Positions 49,795-57,181 of a stretch of 64,000 nucleotides of DNA are shown here, piece after piece. The stretch comes from a virus (Duplodnaviria; Caudoviricetes), in the IMG/VR virus record IMGVR_UViG_3300033068_001067, positions 2,312-66,311 of that record. One strand, given 5' to 3'. Under the pieces are notes generated by a model. That model did not search any database. It was not told the DNA's origin and saw only the letters and a list, made by a program, of their open reading frames with translations. Made by a program: the position numbers and the translations under genes. Numbering within the stretch: position 1 is the first letter of the stretch; every line of letters starts with the position of its first letter.

Positions 49795-50621
49795 AAACGG
49801 ATTTGATTAAGTGGTGACGGAGTTCTGCTGATTAAATTATGTGAAATGTGGGTATAAATTCGGGTCGTATTTAAGTTTTGATGACCGCATAGCTTTTGAA
49901 TTATTGAAATATCAGTTCCTTGTTCTAAAAGATGTGTCATAGTACAATGCCTAATTAAATGGGTATATACTCTTTTATTGATTTTTGCTTTCTCCGCTAG
50001 TTGCTTAATAACTTGACCTACACTTCTTTCTGAATATTGTAATTCATCCTTCCACCCATTTAGTACATACACTTTACTTTTATACTCCTTCCAATAATCT
50101 TCAAGCAATCCGATAACGGAACTACTTAGCATGACTTGCCTATCTCTTTTCCCCTTAGCTTGAATTACATTAATAATCATCCTACTTCTATCAATGTGTT
50201 CCCACTTCAAATTAATCAATTCTGAAACTCGCAAGCCGCAAGAATAAAGCAACCCTAAAATTACTCGATGTTTTTTATTGTCGCAAACATCAAACATTCT
50301 TTGTATCTCCCCAACTGATAAAACTATGGGTAATTTGTTCTCTTTTCGAGCATATTGAATGTATTTAAACTTTTGCTTTTGATTCATGCAAATGTCATAG
50401 AACTTTTTAATTGCACTATGGTAATTCCTTTGAGTATTAACCGTTGAAAATTTACACAAGAAATCTTTAATATCTTGTTCATTGATATTCTTTGGGTGGT
50501 CTTTATCCACTTTTGAGAAAAATACATCAATACATGAAGCATAATTATCAATAGTATTTTGACAGTAATTTCTACGTTTCATTTCTTGAATGAATCTACC
50601 CTTATGTTTACATATATTCAT
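49791..50621 (-). CDS. tyrosine recombinase (SAM-like N-domain + catalytic domain) adjacent to the cassette array
   Basis: LPIVLS; GLRVSE (R); AKGKRDR (K); HLIRH (HxxR); CGH (H); IYTH (Y); C-terminal SPL; no IntI-type ALERKY insertion. Confidence 0.93.
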   Translation of the reverse strand: MNICKHKGRFIQEMKRRNYCQNTIDNYASCIDVFFSKVDKDHPKNINEQDIKDFLCKFSTVNTQRNYHSAIKKFYDICMNQKQKFKYIQYARKENKLPIVLSVGEIQRMFDVCDNKKHRVILGLLYSCGLRVSELINLKWEHIDRSRMIINVIQAKGKRDRQVMLSSSVIGLLEDYWKEYKSKVYVLNGWKDELQYSERSVGQVIKQLAEKAKINKRVYTHLIRHCTMTHLLEQGTDISIIQKLCGHQNLNTTRIYTHISHNLISRTPSPLNQIRL

Positions 50622-51243
50622 AGTTTATAAATTTTAGTTTTTTTGGTTGGTTCATAACTTCTTTATAAAAGCACTTCAACGCAACTATGTGGGCATTCCT
50701 CGTATTTTTGTTTTTTATTAGTCCTATGTAATGCCTAATTTCATTTTGATTAATTTCTTTTGGCGACTTTTTTTTACCTTCAAATTCAGAAATAAACCTT
50801 TTAATGTATGAAATAAAATTTCTTTTGCTATTCTTTGAGTAAGAACTTTTCTCAAGGCAAAAACGAAATTTTGCTATGTAAATAGAGTTTTTCTTTACTC
50901 TGTAATAATTATTACCCCCACCTCCTAAATTCCCATTTAGTAAATTACTTATGCCTAATTTACTTATCCATTCCTTTTCTTTAAAACTTGCTTGTTCGGT
51001 TGGTACAGTTTCTAATACTTCAATTATGGGGAGTAACCCAACTATTGCTAATTCACGTATCCATAAATTTTTCTTTGAGTTAGTGCTATTTCTTTTTGAT
51101 ATATGTAAATAAAGCCTTTGCTTTATTGGCAAATACGTCTTGCCTATATACCTTATTGATTTAGTCAACGGGCATGAAAGCGAATAAATATAGGTTGTAG
51201 TTATATTCTGAATTAAATTAACTAACCGTTCAGAAGTAGGCAT
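50608..51243 (-). CDS. GIY-YIG nuclease fused to an integrase N-terminal (SAM-like) domain
   Basis: YIYSL...IRYIGKT...R...E...N; C-terminal half aligns by eye with residues ~5-90 of the neighbouring recombinase. Confidence 0.8.
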   Translation of the reverse strand: MPTSERLVNLIQNITTTYIYSLSCPLTKSIRYIGKTYLPIKQRLYLHISKRNSTNSKKNLWIRELAIVGLLPIIEVLETVPTEQASFKEKEWISKLGISNLLNGNLGGGGNNYYRVKKNSIYIAKFRFCLEKSSYSKNSKRNFISYIKRFISEFEGKKKSPKEINQNEIRHYIGLIKNKNTRNAHIVALKCFYKEVMNQPKKLKFINYEYM

Positions 51244-51272
51244 AGTAAATTATTGGTTTTGAATTAATTAAA

Positions 51273-51301
51273 TAACGTGCGGGACATATTTTATGTTAAA
51301 T
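51273..51301 (+). other. candidate attI-like primary site (first GTT at 51295)
   Basis: Recombinase-proximal GTT with no attC hairpin before it; ACATA/TATGT mini-palindrome. Confidence 0.35.
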
Positions 51302-51340
51302 CGAAAGCCCTCCACAAAAGCCATCCCTTCGCTTTCGATT

Positions 51341-51434
51341 TAACGAGTAGGATTTTTTCCGTTTACGAAAGCCCTTCGGGCCTTCGTTTAACAATGGATT
51401 TTATCCATTGAAACGGAAAAAATCCTACTCGTTA
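51341..51434. repeat. attC-like site 0: perfect 24-bp inverted repeat with two internal hairpins
   Basis: TAACGAGTAGGATTTTTTCCGTTT / AAACGGAAAAAATCCTACTCGTTA. Confidence 0.8.
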
Positions 51435-51443
51435 CCTGCAAGG

Positions 51444-51686
51444 CTAACTGCATCGGTTAGCGACAGCCTTCCAACAATTACAATCACTACACATTTCATT
51501 TCTATTTTCAGTTTGACAAAATTTCAAATCCACAGTTAAGTAAATTAATTCCTTTGTCAATTCGTGGTATTTTTCGTAGGCTCTTTTGATTTCCATATTC
51601 TTAAAATCAACTAATGGAAAATCTGTTTTTAGTTTCTCAATTTTACTTTCTATCGTTTTAAGCCTTCTTTTTTTCTTTTGTAACAT
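51444..51686 (-). CDS. cassette 1 cargo: hypothetical protein
   Basis: Single ORF between GTT 51431 and AAC 51729. Confidence 0.65.
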   Translation of the reverse strand: MLQKKKRRLKTIESKIEKLKTDFPLVDFKNMEIKRAYEKYHELTKELIYLTVDLKFCQTENRNEMCSDCNCWKAVANRCS

Positions 51687-51724
51687 CGTTTTTAAATTAA
51701 GTTCCTACTGATAAACCGCCCAGC

Positions 51725-51817
51725 AGGTAACAGCGGTTTGGCAAAAGCCGCCATAAACATTCTGCAAACTTTAAACTTTTCGTTAGGCAGCCTTCGCCAA
51801 GCCGCAAAACGTTAGGT
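51725..51817 (+). repeat. attC-like site 1
   Basis: AAC-A-GCGGTTTGGC...GCCAAGCCGC-AAAAC-GTT. Confidence 0.88.
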
Positions 51818-51835
51818 GCAATGCCAGCGGACACC

Positions 51836-52549
51836 CTAAAACATTCGGAGTTGGCTGACAAAATCTTTAAAACGCTTTTCTTGTGCTTCATAATAATCTT
51901 TATCTATTTCAAATCCAGTAAAATCAAACCCACCTTTATTACAGGCAATTCTACTGCTACCACTTCCAACGTGAGTATCTAAAATCAAATCACCTTCTTT
52001 GGCATAATTTGATAATAACCAATCATACAATGCCACAGGCTTTTGAGTTGGGTGTATTCTTTGCTCTTTGTCTTTCATATTGTGTTGCAACATTCCGTGC
52101 CAAGTAATATTTACAAAGTCTATTTTTTGCAACCAACTCAACCAAGCAAGTTCGCCAGTGCTATAAGTTGGCATTGTTACGTTTTTATGCCAATAAAGCA
52201 TACCGCCAACTAATCCAAAGAAATTTGCACCCCACACTATTTGTTTTTTAGATACTCTTTTTAACTCATTAAAATAATCTTCGTTTGGCGTTTCGTTATC
52301 CCAATTTGTTTTTTTATAGGTATTAATTTTAGCCAAAGAAGTTTTTTCGTGCCTATCACTATTTTTGCCATTGTTTTTAATATCGGCATTTATGCCATAA
52401 GGCGGGTCAACTATTGCAAGGTCAAAGTAATTATCAGAAAAGCGTTTTAAACCCTCTACACAATCCTCATTATACACCACAGAAGGCACTGCACCTAACA
52501 CGGTATTGGCAAAATTGCCGTTCTGTTTTTCAATTAAACTTTCGTCCAT
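51836..52549 (-). CDS. cassette 2 cargo: orphan N4-C/N6-A DNA methyltransferase (beta class)
   Basis: DLAIVDPPYG motif IV; HPTQKP; LDTHVGSGSS motif I; start lies inside attC2. Confidence 0.92.
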   Translation of the reverse strand: MDESLIEKQNGNFANTVLGAVPSVVYNEDCVEGLKRFSDNYFDLAIVDPPYGINADIKNNGKNSDRHEKTSLAKINTYKKTNWDNETPNEDYFNELKRVSKKQIVWGANFFGLVGGMLYWHKNVTMPTYSTGELAWLSWLQKIDFVNITWHGMLQHNMKDKEQRIHPTQKPVALYDWLLSNYAKEGDLILDTHVGSGSSRIACNKGGFDFTGFEIDKDYYEAQEKRFKDFVSQLRMF

Positions 52550-52616
52550 AATTTCAACTTTTGTTTTTCAATTTAGCTTTCGGTTCGGCAATTTCGCCAA
52601 TACCCATACGTTGTGT
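52493..52616 (+). repeat. attC-like site 2
   Basis: AAC-AC-GGTATTGGCAAAATTGCCG...CGGCAATTTCGCCAATACC-CATAC-GTT. Confidence 0.88.
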
Positions 52617-52625
52617 GCAAGGCTT

Positions 52626-52859
52626 CTACTCGACAATCCCTAAACTGTCAATGTACTTCTTGGCATAATCGCAACACATTTTGACAGAGCCTTGTTTATC
52701 ATCTTTAAAATCATAGGCAACTTCATCTATTGCTTTATGAATTTCAGCGTGTAACTCACACATTGCTTTTAAGTTTTCAAGAATGTTATAATCTTTTGAA
52801 GCGTCACCTTTTGGACGAATATCGCCAATCAACTTTTTAACTACATCATAATTTGTCAT
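52626..52859 (-). CDS. cassette 3 cargo: hypothetical protein
   Basis: ORF within cassette; start set at MTNY. Confidence 0.65.
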   Translation of the reverse strand: MTNYDVVKKLIGDIRPKGDASKDYNILENLKAMCELHAEIHKAIDEVAYDFKDDKQGSVKMCCDYAKKYIDSLGIVE

Positions 52860-52882
52860 CTTTCTAATTTTGCCCGCCCTGC

Positions 52883-53014
52883 ACACAACAAAAGGTTTTG
52901 CGTTATGTGGGCGTAATGTTATAGGCTCATCATTTTATCTCAAATCAACACAGTATGTATGTGGGCAGACGAGCCTTGAATACCCACACAAACGCAAAGC
53001 CTTGAACGTTAGCG
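52883..53014 (+). repeat. attC-like site 3
   Basis: AAC-AA-AAGGTTTTGCGTT...AACGCAAAGCCTT-GAAC-GTT. Confidence 0.85.
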
Positions 53015-53248
53015 GTCAGTACTACCAGTATTCAAGTTCAACAGTCTTTGACCAAGTTTTTTATGGTTCTCCCATTCTTCATCTGACAAATTACTTAAAC
53101 AGTCAGGCTTTTCACCTTGTATGGTTTTTAGTATTGACAATTCAGTTTCATTGTTAAGCTCTTTTAACATTGAATGTGACTTATCTAAAACCATATCATT
53201 TAAGGTATTTAGATTGTCAAATGCGGAGTGATACTTTTTGTCTTGCAT
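53009..53248 (-). CDS. cassette 4 cargo: hypothetical protein
   Basis: ORF whose TAA stop overlaps the GTT box. Confidence 0.65.
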   Translation of the reverse strand: MQDKKYHSAFDNLNTLNDMVLDKSHSMLKELNNETELSILKTIQGEKPDCLSNLSDEEWENHKKLGQRLLNLNTGSTDR

Positions 53249-53297
53249 AATTGTATATTTTAATTTTAATGTTTCTATTTTTTTACTCGTGCCGAAC

Positions 53298-53409
53298 CGC
53301 TAACAAACGGTTTGGCAAAATACGGGGTGAAGTGCAGAGTCGAACGATTATAAAGCCAAGCATAAGTAACAGTCATTGCCCGTACTTCGCCAAGCCGCAA
53401 ACGTTGGCT
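53298..53409 (+). repeat. attC-like site 4
   Basis: AAC-AAA-CGGTTTGGCAAAATACGGG...CCCGTACTTCGCCAAGCCG-CAAAC-GTT. Confidence 0.88.
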
Positions 53410-53415
53410 GCAATA

Positions 53416-53637
53416 CTACAACTTTTCAATTTCGGCTTTGACTTCTATCCAAAAAGTTAAGCGTTGTTCCTCAAAAGGACTTGACGCATCGCAATCGTTT
53501 ATCAATTCATGAACTGTCATTAAAGCACATTGTTTTGACATTTCAAATCCTTCGCCTCTTAATCTTACATTTTCAAACGATATTATTTTATCGTTTATTT
53601 TTTTAAGTAATTCTACAGCTTTTGCTTGCGGTGACAT
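53416..53637 (-). CDS. cassette 5 cargo: hypothetical protein (MSPQAKAVEL...FWIEVKAEIEKL type)
   Basis: ORF within cassette; start set at MSPQ. Confidence 0.7.
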   Translation of the reverse strand: MSPQAKAVELLKKINDKIISFENVRLRGEGFEMSKQCALMTVHELINDCDASSPFEEQRLTFWIEVKAEIEKL

Positions 53638-53677
53638 ATTTTTTATTTTGACAGTTACTAATCTTTTACCGTACAGC

Positions 53678-53774
53678 AGCCAACAAAAGTATTGCTGCAA
53701 GTAGGGCTTGACCAGCATTGCTCAACAGTAGTTTTCCAAATTCCCTACCTGACAGCAATACTCGGTCGTTAGCT
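53678..53774 (+). repeat. attC-like site 5
   Basis: AAC-AAA-AGTATTGCTG...CAGCAATACT-CGGTC-GTT. Confidence 0.88.
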
Positions 53775-53960
53775 GCTACTATTACCAGCCTTTACAGTTT
53801 CGGAATTAACAAGTATAAGTGTTAAGTCTAACGATTCAATATATCTTGTTTTTACCTTGCCCCTTCTTATCCAGTTGCTTAAAACTTGCCTTGATATATT
53901 TTTCTGCTTAGTGTATTGCCACATGGTAGCCCATTTGTCAGTATCAATTTTAACTACCAT
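53769..53960 (-). CDS. cassette 6 cargo A: small HTH (excisionase-like) protein
   Basis: QYTKQKNISRQVLSNWIRRGKV HTH pattern; stop overlaps the GTT box. Confidence 0.6.
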   Translation of the reverse strand: MVVKIDTDKWATMWQYTKQKNISRQVLSNWIRRGKVKTRYIESLDLTLILVNSETVKAGNSSS

Positions 53961-54078
53961 TTTTTATGTTTTAGATTAAATATTTCATCTTGTGATTCAC
54001 GAATATTGCCCATAAGTTGAATTATCAGCCATAATAAAAAACAATTTACAATTAATGAAATAATAAGTATTGTAATCA

Positions 54079-54309
54079 TTATAAGTATTTTACAAGTTTT
54101 AATTCTCCGTTTATTTCTTTTACCCACTCATAACCATCAACATTTTCGTCTTTCCATGTTTTAGCGTTTACCATGAAGTATAAACCTTCTTCATTCTGAT
54201 TTTTCACAAGATTTATCACTTTACCACGCTGACCATGTAGTTTGTAAGCAACTGCACTATTTACTTCGTTTACTTTTTCTACTTTGTAATTGTTGATTTG
54301 CTGTGTCAT
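54079..54309 (-). CDS. cassette 6 cargo B: hypothetical protein
   Basis: ORF directly downstream of a promoter. Confidence 0.65.
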   Translation of the reverse strand: MTQQINNYKVEKVNEVNSAVAYKLHGQRGKVINLVKNQNEEGLYFMVNAKTWKDENVDGYEWVKEINGELKLVKYL

Positions 54310-54325
54310 AATTTGAATGTTTATG

Positions 54326-54356
54326 CAAATATAATATTGTTTACATTGCAAACAAA
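54326..54356 (-). promoter_or_regulatory. Bacteroidota-type promoter inside cassette 6 (TTTG-N19-TATATTTG)
   Basis: Minus-strand -33 box at 54353-54356 and -7 box at 54326-54333. Confidence 0.6.
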
Positions 54357-54389
54357 ATATTTTTAAACTTTTTTATTGCACATAGCAGC

Positions 54390-54485
54390 AGCTAACATCG
54401 TATTGGCAAAACAAGGGCTTGACAAATAAATCCAAGCACCAGTTTTTCAAATTCCCTTGCTTCGCCAATACGTCCAACGTTAGGT
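54390..54485 (+). repeat. attC-like site 6
   Basis: AAC-AT-CGTATTGGCAAAACAAGGG...CCCTTGCTTCGCCAATACG-TCCAAC-GTT. Confidence 0.88.
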
Positions 54486-54491
54486 GCAATG

Positions 54492-54740
54492 CTAAAGACC
54501 GTTAATCAATTTCATTATCGTTTGACGACCTTCTTCTTTAGCTTTTTTAATATCCTCAATAGTTTTGTCTTGAATATCAAAAACGTTTTTGTTTGCTACA
54601 TAACCATCACCTGCTTGTGGTAAATGGTCGTGGCATATCCATTTGAACTCTCTACACGTTTTTTCACGTTCATCGTAGTATTCGTCTAACTTAGTCAAAG
54701 CTAAATTCAGAATGTCTTTTTCTTTATTCGTAAGTTTCAT
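54492..54740 (-). CDS. cassette 7 cargo: hypothetical protein
   Basis: ORF within cassette; start set at MKLT. Confidence 0.65.
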   Translation of the reverse strand: MKLTNKEKDILNLALTKLDEYYDEREKTCREFKWICHDHLPQAGDGYVANKNVFDIQDKTIEDIKKAKEEGRQTIMKLINGL

Positions 54741-54767
54741 ATTTTTAAAATTAGGGAGAAGCACTGC

Positions 54768-54899
54768 ACCTAACAAGGTATTGCCAAAAGCAGGACATTC
54801 TCGGTTAATTAATCATTTGTACTTCTATGGGGCATTTGTGCAAGGTTTAGACTTTTTGCTTCTAAATCCCTGCCTTCGGCAATACCCGAACCGTTATGC
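54768..54899 (+). repeat. attC-like site 7
   Basis: AAC-AA-GGTATTGCCAAAAGCAGG...CCTGCCTTCGGCAATACC-CGAACC-GTT. Confidence 0.88.
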
Positions 54900-54911
54900 C
54901 TCATTGCTACC

Positions 54912-55232
54912 TTACTGCTCCGAAACAGGTTTTTTGCCAAGCATATTCATCACTATACTTGATTTGTTTGGATAGTTCTTAGCAAGGTGAAAAAAGAATT
55001 GGTCAATATTTACACCTTCTTCTATTCTACATTTTGAAAGCACATCATATAAATTAGTAGTTACATTTCTCCCATCAACATCGGGGTAAATACAAGTAGT
55101 GCAAAAATCAAAATCTGCATACTGAAATTCTGCAAACATTGGTATTTGTTCGGCTTTACATATCTCTATGATTTTTGCCATTAGTGGAGCAATTTGCTCA
55201 TCGTAAATCTGTTCTTTATTTTTCATTTTCAA
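54912..55232 (-). CDS. cassette 8 cargo: conserved phage hypothetical protein
   Basis: NKEQIYDEQIAPLMAKIIEICK...IPM start; fills the cassette. Confidence 0.7.
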   Translation of the reverse strand: MKMKNKEQIYDEQIAPLMAKIIEICKAEQIPMFAEFQYADFDFCTTCIYPDVDGRNVTTNLYDVLSKCRIEEGVNIDQFFFHLAKNYPNKSSIVMNMLGKKPVSEQ

Positions 55233-55264
55233 ATTAATTTAATCGTTAATAAACCGCAACGAAG

Positions 55265-55350
55265 GCATAACAGCGTATAAAGTAAACCGCCAATACCTAC
55301 CCACGAAGCCAACGCAATTGTCGGCTTCCCTTATACGCAAACCGTTAGGC
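55265..55350 (+). repeat. attC-like site 8
   Basis: AAC-A-GCGTATAA...TTATACGC-AAACC-GTT. Confidence 0.82.
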
Positions 55351-55356
55351 GATATG

Positions 55357-56046
55357 CTAAAACAACCGCACTTGCGAAACGAAATCATCGTATCTTTTGC
55401 ACGATTTATTAAAATATTCTTCGTCAATTTCACAACCAACAAAATTTAGTTTATACTTATTAGCAGAAATCCTTGAACTTCCAGAACCTAAATGTGTATC
55501 TAAAACCTTTGAGCCTTCTTCTAATTTTGAATAATCAAAACAAAAATCATATAATTCAATAGGTTTTTGGGTTGGGTGAAACCTTTTTAAATCAGTGCTT
55601 TGTTTTCGTATTATCTTACTTGGTTTGTCAAATGACGTCCATACTAATTCACAAGCAGAAAAAGTAGGCATAGATTGTACTTTGTCCCAGCAAATGAAAC
55701 CTCTTGTATTTGGTAAATATTCTAAAAAGTAATTAGCCCCAAAAATAATTTGGTCTTTTGAAACTCTAAATAATTCTAACCAATACTCTTCTTGCGGTAA
55801 AATATCCCACTTTGAACTATCTCTATAAAGTGTTGCAAAAGGACTGTTTTTATGTTTGCCACCTCTTTCAGTTAGTTTTTCGCCCAATCCATAAGGCGGG
55901 TCGCAAATTGCTAAATCAAAGTATTTATCGGGGTAATGTTTCATAAGTTGAATATTATCCATTAAATAAACCTCCGAAGAAGCACAATCGCCTAACACGT
56001 GTTTGGAGCAATGCGGGGATTTGTCTTTAATTTTATTATCAGTCAT
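55357..56046 (-). CDS. cassette 9 cargo: second orphan N4-C/N6-A DNA methyltransferase (beta class)
   Basis: DLAICDPPYG; HPTQKP; LDTHLGSGSS; start lies inside attC9. Confidence 0.92.
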   Translation of the reverse strand: MTDNKIKDKSPHCSKHVLGDCASSEVYLMDNIQLMKHYPDKYFDLAICDPPYGLGEKLTERGGKHKNSPFATLYRDSSKWDILPQEEYWLELFRVSKDQIIFGANYFLEYLPNTRGFICWDKVQSMPTFSACELVWTSFDKPSKIIRKQSTDLKRFHPTQKPIELYDFCFDYSKLEEGSKVLDTHLGSGSSRISANKYKLNFVGCEIDEEYFNKSCKRYDDFVSQVRLF

Positions 56047-56123
56047 TGTTTTTAAGTTTAGTTTTTAATTGAAAAATTGGTGCATTTTTAGCCCGCACTG
56101 CACCAAGCACGAGAACGTTGGCT
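55990..56123 (+). repeat. attC-like site 9
   Basis: AAC-A-CGTGTTTGGAGCAATGCGGG...CCCGCACTGCACCAAGCACG-AGAAC-GTT. Confidence 0.88.
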
Positions 56124-56124
56124 G

Positions 56125-56379
56125 CTATACTACAACCCCATTCATTTTAAGTTCCGCCCTTAAACGTATTAATTCACGATTGACTTTAAGCAGTTCTTGC
56201 TCATATTCATTACGCTGAATTTTGACACGTTTACACTCTTTTTTTATTTCTTCATTAACGCCATTGGAAAATTCAACCATTACTTCCATTACTTTTTTTT
56301 CGCCAAATTCACCATAAGCGGAAAATCCTTCTTCGTTGTAAAAAACACCCCATCTTTTTAAGAAATTTAATGCACTCAT
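56125..56379 (-). CDS. cassette 10 cargo: hypothetical coiled-coil protein
   Basis: ORF fills the cassette. Confidence 0.65.
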   Translation of the reverse strand: MSALNFLKRWGVFYNEEGFSAYGEFGEKKVMEVMVEFSNGVNEEIKKECKRVKIQRNEYEQELLKVNRELIRLRAELKMNGVVV

Positions 56380-56421
56380 ATTTTATATTTTGATATTTTA
56401 AAATTTATCTTACCGTACAGC

Positions 56422-56508
56422 AGCCAACAATGTGTTTTACGCAAGGGCGGACACAGTACGCAGGTTGAAATTGCTTTATTGCCCCTGCGTAAAGCACCAC
56501 CGTTAGCC
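56422..56508 (+). repeat. attC-like site 10
   Basis: AAC-AAT-GTGTTTTACGCAAGGGC...GCCCCTGCGTAAAGCAC-CACC-GTT. Confidence 0.88.
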
Positions 56509-56514
56509 GTAATG

Positions 56515-57138
56515 CTATGATACACCACGAGCAAAATCTATTGCCATTTGTTTTGCATCTTCAATAGTTTTAGCAACCCATTTTCCTTTACCCCATTTCG
56601 TAGGATATTCAGAAAATACACCACTTATTTGACCTCTCATTTTTTCGTTTGGAGTTTTATCATCATAAGTATAACGTACCCAAACCCCTAATTTACCATC
56701 TTGTTCACCTTCTTCGGCAACAGGATTTAATTTATGTGTTTCATCCATATCTGTATCACCCAAAAATCGCAAACAATCTTCTAAAAATTCTTCTTTGTTG
56801 GATGGCTCATAATGGCAATGCCCTTTCTTACATTCACTTCCTATACCAAAGCCAAATATTGCTCTATGAGACCAACCGTACCACTTTTGTTCTATCGGGT
56901 TAAACCCTATACAACTTGTTGTTGGTTCGCCATATCCATCTTGTATTTGTTCAGTAATACCTCTTTTAAATAAAAACTCTAAGTTTTTTTCTGAACCTAC
57001 TCTACCTAAATAAGAACCATCTACTTTTGAGTAGTATATTTTACCTGCATCATCAGGTATAGTTGAATCACCAATTATTGCAATTGAGTTTATAAACTGT
57101 TGCAATTTTTTAGACACTTGTTTTTTTGTTTTAAACAT
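56515..57138 (-). CDS. cassette 11 cargo: conserved phage hypothetical protein (207 aa)
   Basis: GFNPIEQKWYGWSHRAIFGFGIG...AKTIEDAKQMAIDFARGVS. Confidence 0.75.
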   Translation of the reverse strand: MFKTKKQVSKKLQQFINSIAIIGDSTIPDDAGKIYYSKVDGSYLGRVGSEKNLEFLFKRGITEQIQDGYGEPTTSCIGFNPIEQKWYGWSHRAIFGFGIGSECKKGHCHYEPSNKEEFLEDCLRFLGDTDMDETHKLNPVAEEGEQDGKLGVWVRYTYDDKTPNEKMRGQISGVFSEYPTKWGKGKWVAKTIEDAKQMAIDFARGVS

Positions 57139-57181
57139 ATACTTTGATTTTTAAATGATTTTGAATTTTATAAAGCACTAC

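Noticed and set aside
49791-50621. Ordinary prophage integrase with attL/attR
   Set aside because: No host DNA, att duplication or repressor cassette is visible, and the gene abuts the cassette array. An additional lysogeny role cannot be excluded from this window.
51442-51462. GGCTAAC-TGCATCG-GTTAGCG as an extra mini attC
   Set aside because: It lies within the last codons of the cassette 1 ORF, has no arms, and is not needed to pair cassette ends.
51697-55442. ORF-track entries 51697..51891, 52870..53157, 53251..53460, 54712..54975 and 55239..55442
   Set aside because: They are mostly translations of the attC-like hairpins or antisense to real cargo genes, so I treat them as spurious.
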